64,000 nt of DNA from NCBI GenBank assembly GCA_029261035.1, contig JAJDCD010000025.1, positions 194,926 through 258,925 of the forward strand, written 5' to 3'. The stretch comes from Candidatus Omnitrophota bacterium. GTDB taxonomy: Bacteria; Omnitrophota; Omnitrophia; Omnitrophales; JACROU01. The notes beneath the pieces are model-generated. The model saw only the letters and a list, made by a program, of their open reading frames with translations. It searched no databases and was not told the origin of the DNA. Both the position numbers and the translations under genes were made by a program. Shown here one piece after another: positions 19,286-28,022 of this stretch; the stretch's first letter is position 1; each line of letters opens with the position of its first letter.

Positions 19286-19320
19286 ACCCTCTATCACCAC
19301 CCAAAAACAAATTCCAAAAA

Positions 19321-19403
19321 GGCCAGAGAAAATTCCCCGCCGCGAGTTCACAAAAGCGACTTCACTTTTGTGCTGTCTGAGCGCCGGAGAACTTTCTCTG
19401 GCC
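19321..19403 (-). repeat. REP-like structured 3'-UTR element, copy 2, 28 nt downstream of the lysA stop
   Basis: The sequence is ggccagagaaaattc-CCCGCCGCGAGTTCACAAAAGCGACTTCACTTTTGTGCTGTCTGAGCGCCGG-agaactttctctggcc. The 15-bp outer inverted repeat has one mismatch. The core is about 90% identical to copy 3. An internal hairpin cacaaaag/cttttgtg is present. Confidence 0.6.
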
Positions 19404-19430
19404 ACCCAACTCATATTTACCCCAACATCC

Positions 19431-20690
19431 TTACTTCAAAAAAGAAGGGATTTTTTCTCCTCTAACTAAATCTTCTATGGTTTCCCTCTTACGAATCACT
19501 TCAAACTGATTCCCCTTCACCATAACCTCACACACACGAGGTCGGGTATTGTAATTACTTGCCATGGTAAAACCATAAGCTCCAGCACTCATAATAGCCA
19601 GTAAATCTTTATCTTGAAAATCAGGCACTCTTCGATCTTTTGCAAAGAAATCTCCTGTTTCACAGATAGGGCCAACAATATCCGACTTTATAGATTTCAG
19701 TTTTATATTCTTCATCACAGGCTTAACATCGTGGTAAGCTTCATACAAACTAGGTCTTATCAAGTCGTTCATTGCCCCATCCACAATAATAAAATTTTTA
19801 GCCTCTGTCTTTTTTGTATAAAGAACCTGTGTAACAAAAGCCCCTGCATTCCCTGCAATAAAACGTCCTGGTTCAAAAATAACCTTAAATTTCTTACTTT
19901 TAATCAAAGGTAAAATTTTAGAGGCGTATTCAGCCGCAGTTTGAGGCTTCTCATTATCATAAGTAATTCCAAGCCCACCCCCTAGATTTAAAAATTTTAT
20001 TTTTATCCCCTGGTTCTCTAAGTTCGTTACAAAAATCATTACTTTTCTAAAAGCGCGGACAAAAGGTTCTCCCGTTGTAATTTGAGATCCAATATGAACA
20101 TGGATACCACACATATTGACATAAGGATATCGATTCTTATCTAAGAATAGGGCTCGTGCCGTATCCATATCAATCCCAAACTTACTTTCTTTTTTTCCTG
20201 TTGTAATATAGTCATGCGTATTTGCAGATACGTCTGGATTTACACGAATTGAAATACTTGCTTTCTTTTTTAATTTAGTTGCGACACGATTAATAGCAAC
20301 AACCTCAGCAGCGGACTCCACATTAAAAAGTAAAATCCCTTTCTGAATCGCAAATTTAATTTCTTCATCCGTCTTCCCAACTCCCGCATAAACTATCTTA
20401 TTTGGCTTCACCCCTGCTTTTAATGCTCTGTACAGCTCTCCACCAGAAACAATATCAAGACCAGACCCTTTTTTAACTAACGCTGTAAGCACAGCTATAT
20501 TCGAGTTTGCTTTTGTCGAATAACAAATTAAAGGCTTAATGGATTTAAATGCTTTAGCCAACTCTGTGTAAGAGTCTGTAAAAGACTTATAACTATAAAC
20601 ATAAAAAGGAGTGCCTACTTTTTTTGCTATATCTTTAATAGCAACAGACTCACAATATAAATCATTTTTCTTATAATCAAAATTACGCAC
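19431..20690 (-). CDS. lysA: Diaminopimelate decarboxylase
   Basis: It carries fold-III PLP decarboxylase motifs (CYSTKANSN, GGGLGI, EPGRFIAGNAG, CETGD). It lies 24 nt downstream of argH on the same strand. Confidence 0.85.
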   Translation of the reverse strand: MRNFDYKKNDLYCESVAIKDIAKKVGTPFYVYSYKSFTDSYTELAKAFKSIKPLICYSTKANSNIAVLTALVKKGSGLDIVSGGELYRALKAGVKPNKIVYAGVGKTDEEIKFAIQKGILLFNVESAAEVVAINRVATKLKKKASISIRVNPDVSANTHDYITTGKKESKFGIDMDTARALFLDKNRYPYVNMCGIHVHIGSQITTGEPFVRAFRKVMIFVTNLENQGIKIKFLNLGGGLGITYDNEKPQTAAEYASKILPLIKSKKFKVIFEPGRFIAGNAGAFVTQVLYTKKTEAKNFIIVDGAMNDLIRPSLYEAYHDVKPVMKNIKLKSIKSDIVGPICETGDFFAKDRRVPDFQDKDLLAIMSAGAYGFTMASNYNTRPRVCEVMVKGNQFEVIRKRETIEDLVRGEKIPSFLK

Positions 20691-20714
20691 TTGTTCTTAC
20701 CTTTCTCAAAAAAT

Positions 20715-22115
20715 CTATTTTAATTTATTCTTCCACTTAACTAATTGCTTCTTAACACTAGAAGGAGAAGTACTTCCATGCGTTTTCTTTTTCGTGATAG
20801 AAACCGTTGGATTATAAATTTTATACACACTTTTATCTACTTTACTACACAGCTTCTGATAAACATCCAGTGAAAGTTGGTCCAATTCAAAACCCTCTGA
20901 GATTGCATATTGAACAATCTCCCCAGAAATTCGATGAGCATCAGAAAAAGACAACCCTTTACCCACTAAATAATCCAGCAAATCAGTTGCATACAAAAAA
21001 CTATCCTCGGAACAGATCTGACAATTCAAATGGTTGACTTGAGTTGTTTTAATGGCTCCTTGTAAAACTTCCAGAGTTGCAAACGCCAAATGAAGCGCTG
21101 GAAACAAATCTTCCTTATCCTCTTGAAGATCTCGGTTATAACACAAAGGCAAACCTTTTTGATTCATCAACGCAGACACCAAATGGCCCACAGCTTTACC
21201 GCTTCGCCCTCGAGTCAATTCAAATAAATCAGGGTTCTTTTTTTGCGGCATCAAACTGGAACCCGTAGCATAAGCATCGTCCAAAGTAATAAAATCAAAT
21301 TCGGTTGAATTCCACAAAATCATATCTTCGGATAATCGAGAAAGATGAATATACATTTGCGAAACCCCAGACAACACTTCAATCACATAGTCTCGATCTG
21401 CGGTCGCATCAATGCTATTGTCTGAAACTTTTGAAAAACCTAATAACTTCTTCAAATTATCTCGAGACAAAGAGTAAGTCGCACCACCTAAAGCTCCACT
21501 CCCTAAAGGCAGAACATCGATTCGCTTCAAAGCATCCTGAAAACGTTCCTTATCTCGCTCAAGCATTTCAACATAGGCTAAAATCGCATGAGACATAGAA
21601 ACAACCTGCGCTCGTTGCAAGTGAGTATAACCGGGTATCGTTACCTTTTGATTCTTCTGTGCAAATTGCACAAGCACTTTTTGAAAGTGAGTCACAGACT
21701 TAATCAGCTCCGGTATCACCTTTTTCAAATAGAGTCGCAATGCTGTTGTCACTTGATCATTCCGACTTCGACCTGTTCGAAGCTTCTTGGCTACAGCCCC
21801 TGCTGATTTTTCCAACTCAACCTGAATCAAAGAATGCACATCTTCATGTTCGTAACACAAATCTAAAAACTCTTTCGGCGTTTTATCGATTTCATAATAC
21901 TTCATAAACCGTTTTTTGACAGAGGCTAGGCCTTTGAGCAATTTAGTCTTCTCTGCAGATTTCAAAATCTTAGCTTGGGCCAACACTTTTACCCACGCTT
22001 CATTCAGTTGAATATCTGCTTCAAAAAGCTCAAAATCGGTTGCTAAAGAATAAGAGAAAGCTTTTGCTTCTTCAGCTAATTCTGATTTAAATCTTCCGCC
22101 CCACATTTTTTTCAT
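20715..22115 (-). CDS. argH: Argininosuccinate lyase
   Basis: MKKMWGGRFKSELAEE ... the fumarase/aspartase-family signature GSSLMPQKKNPD. The start at 22113-22115 overlaps the argG 3' end by 29 nt. The ORF-track start at 22163 is an N-terminal over-extension. Confidence 0.9.
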   Translation of the reverse strand: MKKMWGGRFKSELAEEAKAFSYSLATDFELFEADIQLNEAWVKVLAQAKILKSAEKTKLLKGLASVKKRFMKYYEIDKTPKEFLDLCYEHEDVHSLIQVELEKSAGAVAKKLRTGRSRNDQVTTALRLYLKKVIPELIKSVTHFQKVLVQFAQKNQKVTIPGYTHLQRAQVVSMSHAILAYVEMLERDKERFQDALKRIDVLPLGSGALGGATYSLSRDNLKKLLGFSKVSDNSIDATADRDYVIEVLSGVSQMYIHLSRLSEDMILWNSTEFDFITLDDAYATGSSLMPQKKNPDLFELTRGRSGKAVGHLVSALMNQKGLPLCYNRDLQEDKEDLFPALHLAFATLEVLQGAIKTTQVNHLNCQICSEDSFLYATDLLDYLVGKGLSFSDAHRISGEIVQYAISEGFELDQLSLDVYQKLCSKVDKSVYKIYNPTVSITKKKTHGSTSPSSVKKQLVKWKNKLK

Positions 22116-23277
22116 AAGGAAGTCCCCACAATTTAATAAAACCTTCTGCTGATTTATGATCAAACATATCTCCTTCAGAATATGTCGCTAACGCTTCAGA
22201 ATACAAAGCATAAGGAGATTTGCGTCCTGCAATAATCACATGTCCTTGATCTAACTTTAACTTCACAATTCCCGTCACTCGATCTTGGTGCTTTGAAACA
22301 AATGCATCAAAAGCTTCCTTCAAAGGAGTAAACCAAAAACCATCATAAACTAAGTCCGCATACTTCTCGGAAATAAGCTTTTTATAATGGAGGTGCGCTC
22401 GGTCAAATACCAACGCTTCTAACTCTTCATGAGCTGTCATTAATACCGTTCCTGCCGGAGATTCATAAATCTCTCGACTTTTGATCCCCACCACTCGGTT
22501 TTCAATTAAATCGAGCCGACCCACACCATACTTCCCCGCTAAGTCGTTTAGCTTTTCAATCATGGCAACAAGAGGCATCTTCTTGCCATTTAAAGAAACC
22601 GGAATGCCTTTCTTAAATTCCAAAGTCACAGTAGTAGATTTTTTAGGAACCTCAGACAAAGCTCGAGTCATCACGTAAGCATCTTTAGGAGGCTCTACCC
22701 AAGGATCTTCTAGAACACCTGCTTCAATCGCAATACCCCAAATATTTTTATCAATCGAATAAATACTTTTTTTTGTAATATCAATTGGTATTTTATTTTG
22801 CTTTGCATAATCAATCTCTTCTTCACGTGTTTTGAATTCCCACTCCCGTAAAGGAGCAATGATTTTCAATTTAGAATCCAAGCTTCGAATTCCCACTTCA
22901 AGCCGAACCTGGTCATTCCCTTTTCCAGTACAACCATGAGCTACATATTTTGCTTTTTCTTTTTGCGCAATCTGAACCAAATGCTTAGAAATCAAAGGTC
23001 GGCCTAAAGAAGTCGCTAACAAATACTTCCCTTCATACTTAGCATGTGCCTGTAATGCAGGAAGAATAAAATCTTCAGCAAATTCCTTCTTAAGATCTTT
23101 AATATAAACTTTTGAAGCCCCTGATGCTTTTGCCTTTTTTTCTAATGCTTTTTTATCAGGCACTTCCCCTATAAATGCAGAAAAGCAAATAACCTCCACA
23201 TTATATTTATCTTTTAACCACTTGATTGCACATGAAGTATCTAATCCACCTGAGTAAGCTAAAATTACTTTATCCAT
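22087..23277 (-). CDS. argG: Argininosuccinate synthase
   Basis: MDKVILAYSGGLDTS (PP-loop) together with the overall ArgG sequence. Confidence 0.95.
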   Translation of the reverse strand: MDKVILAYSGGLDTSCAIKWLKDKYNVEVICFSAFIGEVPDKKALEKKAKASGASKVYIKDLKKEFAEDFILPALQAHAKYEGKYLLATSLGRPLISKHLVQIAQKEKAKYVAHGCTGKGNDQVRLEVGIRSLDSKLKIIAPLREWEFKTREEEIDYAKQNKIPIDITKKSIYSIDKNIWGIAIEAGVLEDPWVEPPKDAYVMTRALSEVPKKSTTVTLEFKKGIPVSLNGKKMPLVAMIEKLNDLAGKYGVGRLDLIENRVVGIKSREIYESPAGTVLMTAHEELEALVFDRAHLHYKKLISEKYADLVYDGFWFTPLKEAFDAFVSKHQDRVTGIVKLKLDQGHVIIAGRKSPYALYSEALATYSEGDMFDHKSAEGFIKLWGLPYEKNVGRKI

Positions 23278-23302
23278 AACTCTTCCTTTCTCAATTAGCG
23301 GG

Positions 23303-23420
23303 TAGCGTTTAGCGTAGAGCGGATAGGTTCCTTAATCAAAAGATTCTCTTACCAAACCACCCTCTCCTAAGTTCAAGAAATCTAAAAGCTTTTGGCAAAG
23401 GATCTATACGCTAAACGCTA
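23303..23420. repeat. Long-range perfect 14-bp inverted repeat tagcgtttagcgta / tacgctaaacgcta flanking about 90 bp in the argG-argF intergenic region, with reiterated TAGCG and CGCTA pentamers
   Basis: The left arm is 23303-23316 and the right arm is 23407-23420. The right side continues cgcta-tg-cgcta-ta-cgcta. The same tagcg/cgcta units form the outer stem of REP-like copy 1. Confidence 0.5.
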
Positions 23421-23431
23421 TGCGCTATACG

Positions 23432-24346
23432 CTATTTCTTCAACAACCACAAAAGAATCGCTTTTTCTGCATGTAATCGATTCTCTGCTTGATCAAAAAC
23501 AATCGATTTGCTACTTTCCATAATCTCATCCGTTATTTCTTCATCCCGATGAGCCGGCAAACAATGCATAATAAAAGGAGGCTTTTTTGCTTTAGAGAGT
23601 AACTTCTTATTTAGTTGAAACCCTTTAAACTCCGAAAGCTTTTTCTTCTTCAGTTTTTCCTCACCCATACTCACCCAAACATCGGTATAAACAAAGTCTG
23701 CAAATTTAATAGCGCCTTCTGGAGTCGTTTTCTGCTGAATCAAAGCCCCCGATTTTTTAGCTAAAGCCATAATTTCTTTTAAATCCTTTGGATTTACTTG
23801 ATGCTTTTTTGGGCAAACAAAATGAAAATGGCCGCCAATTTTAGCAAATAAATAAAGCAACGACGTTAGTACATTATTTCCGTCACCCACATAAGCAACA
23901 ATAGCCTGTTTCTTTTTACTCTTTTCTATCACCGTTAAATAGTCTGCCAAAGCCTGACACGGATGAGACCAATCACTTAAACCATTAATCACAGGCACTT
24001 TCGAATAGTCCGAAAAATCCTCAATCGTTTTATGCTTAAATGTTCGAAGCACAATAGCATCCCAATATCGAGATAAAACTCGCGCCTCATCATGGAGAGC
24101 TTCTCGAGAACCCAGCTTAATATCGTGAGGACCTAAATACTGAGCTTCTCCACCCATCTGAGTCATAGCAACCTGAAAAGACACACGCGTCCGAGTCGAA
24201 GGCTTTTCAAAAACCAACCCCAAAGACTTTCCTTCTAAATGTCTAAGGTATTTCTTAGGGTGCTTCTTAACCTCAACCGCAATCCCAATAATATCCAAAA
24301 TATCCTTCTTAGATAAATCCTTAATCCCCAACAAATGCTTCATCAA
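23432..24346 (-). CDS. argF: Ornithine carbamoyltransferase
   Basis: It has STRTRVSFQ, HPCQALAD, DVWVSMGEE and HCLPAHR motifs. The ribosome-binding site GAGGGG precedes the ATG. Confidence 0.9.
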   Translation of the reverse strand: MMKHLLGIKDLSKKDILDIIGIAVEVKKHPKKYLRHLEGKSLGLVFEKPSTRTRVSFQVAMTQMGGEAQYLGPHDIKLGSREALHDEARVLSRYWDAIVLRTFKHKTIEDFSDYSKVPVINGLSDWSHPCQALADYLTVIEKSKKKQAIVAYVGDGNNVLTSLLYLFAKIGGHFHFVCPKKHQVNPKDLKEIMALAKKSGALIQQKTTPEGAIKFADFVYTDVWVSMGEEKLKKKKLSEFKGFQLNKKLLSKAKKPPFIMHCLPAHRDEEITDEIMESSKSIVFDQAENRLHAEKAILLWLLKK

Positions 24347-24375
24347 ATCCCCTCTTCTCTACAGCTTCTATAACG

Positions 24376-24395
24376 ATCGTCACACATGTGACGAT
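24376..24395. promoter_or_regulatory. 20-bp palindrome ATCGTCACA-CA-TGTGACGAT upstream of argF; candidate operator overlapping a TATAGA -10-like box
   Basis: It lies 30-49 nt upstream of the argF ATG. The minus-strand reading is ...gtgacgat-cg-TTATAGAag...gagggg-ATG. It is paralogous to the dapF upstream palindrome at 19221-19240. Confidence 0.5.
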
Positions 24396-24409
24396 ACTGC
24401 CAACTTCAC

Positions 24410-24440
24410 AAAAGAAAGTTACTCGATGTAACTTTCTTTT
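24410..24440 (-). terminator. Perfect 13-bp-stem hairpin (aaaagaaagttac-tcgat-gtaactttctttt) between the argD 3'-UTR element and the argF promoter region
   Basis: On the minus strand the stem is followed by ttttgTGAAGTtgg. It is a terminator-like structure with a T-rich 3' arm. Confidence 0.4.
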
Positions 24441-24478
24441 GCCCCTCCACACACACCACCAAGCTTAGTAACTTAAAG

Positions 24479-24562
24479 GCCAGGGATCGTTCCCCGCCGC
24501 GAGTTCACAAAAATAGCTTCACAATTTTTGTGCTGTCTGAGCGCCGGGGAACGATCCCTGGT
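24479..24562 (-). repeat. REP-like structured 3'-UTR element, copy 3, 21 nt downstream of the argD stop
   Basis: The sequence is ggccagggatcgttcc-CCGCCGCGAGTTCACAAAAATAGCTTCACAATTTTTGTGCTGTCTGAGCGCCGG-ggaacgatccctggtc. It has a perfect 14-bp outer inverted repeat. The outer-stem sequences differ between the three copies, but pairing is preserved. Confidence 0.6.
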
Positions 24563-24582
24563 CTCCAACCCACTCCTAAACC

Positions 24583-25803
24583 CTAAAACGCATGACACCA
24601 CTTACTAAGCGCATAATCCAACATATTCATAGCTGTATCAACCTGCTTCTTCGTCACCGTCATCGCAGGTAAAATCCTCAAAATATTTCCTTGAGTCACA
24701 TTAATAATCAACCCCTGCTTGAGACACTCATCCACAACAGGCTTTCCCGTAATAGACAATTCCATCCCTAACATCAAACCACGTCCGCGAATTTCTTTAA
24801 CAACAGGATAACGTCGTTGCAATTTTTCTAAATGAAGTTTTAAATAATCTCCCAACTCCTGAGTCTTTTCTAACAAACTCTCTTTCTTAATGGCCTCAAA
24901 TACGGCCAAGGAAGCTCTGGAAACCAAAGGATTTCCTCCATAAGTAGAACCATGAGATCCTGGAGTTAACACATTTTTCACTTTATTCGAAACAAGCGTA
25001 GCTCCAATAGGGACTCCCCCCCCTAACGATTTCGCCATGGTCATAATATCAGGCTTAACTTTCAAATGTTGAAAAGCAAACATCTTCCCTGTACGCCCCA
25101 TTCCTGTTTGAACCTCATCAAAAATTAATAAAATCTTTTTGTCATTACATAGCTTTCGCAAGTTTTTAACAAACTCCCCTGTAGCCACATGAATACCACC
25201 CTCACCTTGAATTGGTTCTAATAAAATTGCAGCTGTTTTAGAAGTAACTAACTTCTTCACAGAATCAAAGTCGTTAAAAGTTGCATATTTAAACCCCTGC
25301 ACTAATGGTTTAAAACCATCATGCATCACATCTTGTCCTGATGCGGACATCGCAGCATAAGAACGCCCATGAAAAGATTGCTTAAACGTAATGATTTCAG
25401 ATCGTTTTTTCTCAGCCCCAAATTTCTTAGCAAACTTAATAGCAACCTCAACCGCTTCAGCCCCCGAATTACTAAAAAACAATTTACCAGGAAAACTATG
25501 CTCCACAATCGTTTTAGCCAGTCGAGCTTGAGTCAGGTTTAAAAAGTTATTAGGAATATGAATCACCTTTTTGGATTGTTCTTTAATTGCAGAAACAACC
25601 GCAGGATGACAATGACCCAAACCACTAACAGCCCAGCCAGGGAAAAAGTCTAAATACTTCTTTCCCTCCAAGTCCCAAACCCAAGACCCCTTACCCTTCA
25701 CCAAGCAAACAGGTAACTGTGTATACGTTGGCAAAATATAATCAGAGTACATTTTTTGAACATCTTTTGTTTTCAATTTAAATTCCTCAATTAGAGTAGT
25801 CAT
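24583..25803 (-). CDS. argD: Acetylornithine aminotransferase (class III PLP aminotransferase)
   Basis: The typical ArgD N-terminus YILPTYTQLPVCLVKGKGSWVWD and the class-III aminotransferase fold support the call. ArgD enzymes are known to also accept N-succinyl-diaminopimelate. Confidence 0.85.
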   Translation of the reverse strand: MTTLIEEFKLKTKDVQKMYSDYILPTYTQLPVCLVKGKGSWVWDLEGKKYLDFFPGWAVSGLGHCHPAVVSAIKEQSKKVIHIPNNFLNLTQARLAKTIVEHSFPGKLFFSNSGAEAVEVAIKFAKKFGAEKKRSEIITFKQSFHGRSYAAMSASGQDVMHDGFKPLVQGFKYATFNDFDSVKKLVTSKTAAILLEPIQGEGGIHVATGEFVKNLRKLCNDKKILLIFDEVQTGMGRTGKMFAFQHLKVKPDIMTMAKSLGGGVPIGATLVSNKVKNVLTPGSHGSTYGGNPLVSRASLAVFEAIKKESLLEKTQELGDYLKLHLEKLQRRYPVVKEIRGRGLMLGMELSITGKPVVDECLKQGLIINVTQGNILRILPAMTVTKKQVDTAMNMLDYALSKWCHAF

Positions 25804-25807
25804 AAAA

Positions 25808-26662
25808 TTAGATAATTATCTCTGTTCCAATTCCTTTATCTGTAAAAACTTCCAGCAAAAGAGAATGCTTGATCCGCCCATCAATGATATGAGCTTTCTT
25901 AACACCTCCTTGAAGTGCTGTAATAGCTGAGTTCACTTTTGGAATCATTCCAGCAGTAATCACTTTATTCTCGATTAAACCTTCAACCTCATCTACATGC
26001 AAAGAAGAAATTAAAGAGTTTTCATCTTCTGCATTTCTCATAATCCCGTGAACATTCGTTAAGATCAGTATTTTCTGCACATTCATTGCAACAGCAATTT
26101 TAGCCGCCGCCTCATCTGCATTCACGTTATAAGTCTCACCTTTCGAATCAATACCCAAGGGATAGATAGCAGGGATAATATTAAATTCTGTCAACTCTTT
26201 AACAGGCATAATATTCACAGACTCTACATCCCCAACAAAACCAACATCTCCATTTGCTTGATGCTTTGTTACATTCAAAATTTCATTATCATGTCCACTC
26301 AAGCCAATAGCACGCGCACCTAATTGATTAATATCATGCACAATGCTTTTATTCAGCTCGGCAAGCGTTTGATTAACCACATCAATAGTTTCCTGATCCG
26401 TCACGCGTAAACCATTAACAAACTTAGTTTGAATCCCTTTTCGCTTTAGGTTCTCTGTAATCGCAGGCCCCCCACCATGAATCAAAATAGGCTTAATTCC
26501 TACATAATTCATAAATACTAAATCTTCAATCACATTGTGGCGTATTTCAGGATTATCCATTGCGGCACCACCGTACTTAATCAAAACTTCTTTCCCTCGA
26601 AATTTTTTAATGTAAGGCAACGCTTCAATTAAAATATTAGCTTTCTCTACCAATGTTTCCAT
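25808..26662 (-). CDS. argB: Acetylglutamate kinase
   Basis: The amino-acid-kinase family motif VLIKYGGAAM ... ILIHGGGP supports the call. Confidence 0.9.
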   Translation of the reverse strand: METLVEKANILIEALPYIKKFRGKEVLIKYGGAAMDNPEIRHNVIEDLVFMNYVGIKPILIHGGGPAITENLKRKGIQTKFVNGLRVTDQETIDVVNQTLAELNKSIVHDINQLGARAIGLSGHDNEILNVTKHQANGDVGFVGDVESVNIMPVKELTEFNIIPAIYPLGIDSKGETYNVNADEAAAKIAVAMNVQKILILTNVHGIMRNAEDENSLISSLHVDEVEGLIENKVITAGMIPKVNSAITALQGGVKKAHIIDGRIKHSLLLEVFTDKGIGTEIII

Positions 26663-26809
26663 TACCTTCTCCTACCATATTTAATTCAAAAATTTAAAGT
26701 AAAAAGTCTAAACCATAATTAAAAATCCAAAATTTCTTCTTATATCAAAAGATGTTCTTTTTAAATTTTGATTTATGGTTTTTAGCCTTTACTTTTAAAT
26801 TTTTACTTT

Positions 26810-28021
26810 CTAAGTCGTGTATGCTGAGTTAATACGAACGTATTTACTCGTCAAATCAGAAGTTAAAAAAGAAACCTTTGCATTCCCCTGATTTAAAACA
26901 ATTCGCAATTGAAAATGTTTTTTCTTCAATGTTTTTCTCACCAAAGAAAGATGCTTATCAATCCCTTTACCTAGAGAGAAAATAAGATTCTTATCAAAAT
27001 AAATCTCTAGCTTGTCCCAATGAATGTTTTGTTTTGTTGCACCCAAGGCTCCAATCACACGCCCCCAATTGGGGTCCGCCCCCGTCAACATCGTCTTCAC
27101 CAACATCGAATTGGCTACTTGCCGTGCAAAAATTTCAGCACCCTTCTCTGTAGCTGCTTTCTCGACAACAACATCACAAACGCGAGTTACGCCCTCACCA
27201 TCTTCCACAAGTTTTAAAGAAACCTCTTTACAAAACTCTATAAGAATTTCAACAAACTTTAAATACTCCGGACCTTTATTTTGAATTGTCTTATTTTTAG
27301 CTAAACCATTCGACAAAATAAAAACCGTATCATTTGTACTCATATCATTATCAATGGCTATTCGATTAAAAGTTTTTGAAACAGCCTCTTTCAACGCTGA
27401 CTGCAACAGCGTTTTCTTAATACTTAAATCTGTTGTTATAAAACAAAGCATGGTTGCCATATTGGGATGCACCATACCCGCACCTTTAGCAATTGCGCCC
27501 AAACGCACTTTTTTTCCATTGAAGAGAAATTCAATAGAAAGCTCTTTCGTTAGCTTATCTGTAGTCAGTATCCCCAAAGCCGCATCTTGATCCCCAGCAC
27601 GAGATAGTTGATTTACCAACTTAGGAATTCCTCGTTGAAATTTAGGCCAAGGAAAAGTCCTCCCAATAACTCCTGTAGAACAAACTAATATTTCTTTTTC
27701 CTTGATCTTCAACTGCGAAGCTAGTTTTTTTACAGACTCTTTAACCGTCTTCTGACCTATAGCGCCATTAAAACAATTAGCATTTCCACTATTACAAAGA
27801 ATAGCCTTATGCGTCTTCCCTTTAATTGCTTTCATAGAATAAAGAACAGGCCATGCCTTTGCTTTGTTGGTTGTGAAAACAGCAGCAGAAACACAAGGCG
27901 TCTCTGAATAAATCAAAGAAGCATCCATTTTGCGTTTCTTTATTCCACAATGAATTCCAGAAGCCAAAAATCCTTTCGCAACCGAAACACTCCCTTTACT
28001 ACGCCAGTCAAATTTTGCCAT
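26810..28021 (-). CDS. argJ: Bifunctional ornithine acetyltransferase / N-acetylglutamate synthase
   Basis: It has the ArgJ family autoproteolysis motif ATML (MVHPNMATMLCFITTD) and a conserved C-terminal half. Confidence 0.9.
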   Translation of the reverse strand: MAKFDWRSKGSVSVAKGFLASGIHCGIKKRKMDASLIYSETPCVSAAVFTTNKAKAWPVLYSMKAIKGKTHKAILCNSGNANCFNGAIGQKTVKESVKKLASQLKIKEKEILVCSTGVIGRTFPWPKFQRGIPKLVNQLSRAGDQDAALGILTTDKLTKELSIEFLFNGKKVRLGAIAKGAGMVHPNMATMLCFITTDLSIKKTLLQSALKEAVSKTFNRIAIDNDMSTNDTVFILSNGLAKNKTIQNKGPEYLKFVEILIEFCKEVSLKLVEDGEGVTRVCDVVVEKAATEKGAEIFARQVANSMLVKTMLTGADPNWGRVIGALGATKQNIHWDKLEIYFDKNLIFSLGKGIDKHLSLVRKTLKKKHFQLRIVLNQGNAKVSFLTSDLTSKYVRINSAYTT

Positions 28022-28022
28022 T

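Noticed and set aside
19221-24395. CRP/FNR-family binding site suggested by the TGTGA and TCACA half-sites in the 20-bp palindromes
   Set aside because: The half-site orientation is inverted (TCACA-CA-TGTGA rather than TGTGA-N6-TCACA) and the spacer is 2 bp. It matches neither the CRP nor the FNR consensus, and it did not match the Fur, NrdR, ArgR or AhrC consensus sequences I could recall.
23303-24562. Possible CRISPR array suggested by the reiterated short repeats TAGCG/CGCTA and the repeated cores
   Set aside because: There are no regularly spaced direct repeats of 24-48 bp with unique spacers. The repeats are inverted or mirror, irregularly spaced, and sit in 3'-UTRs and promoters of biosynthetic genes. 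No cas genes are nearby.
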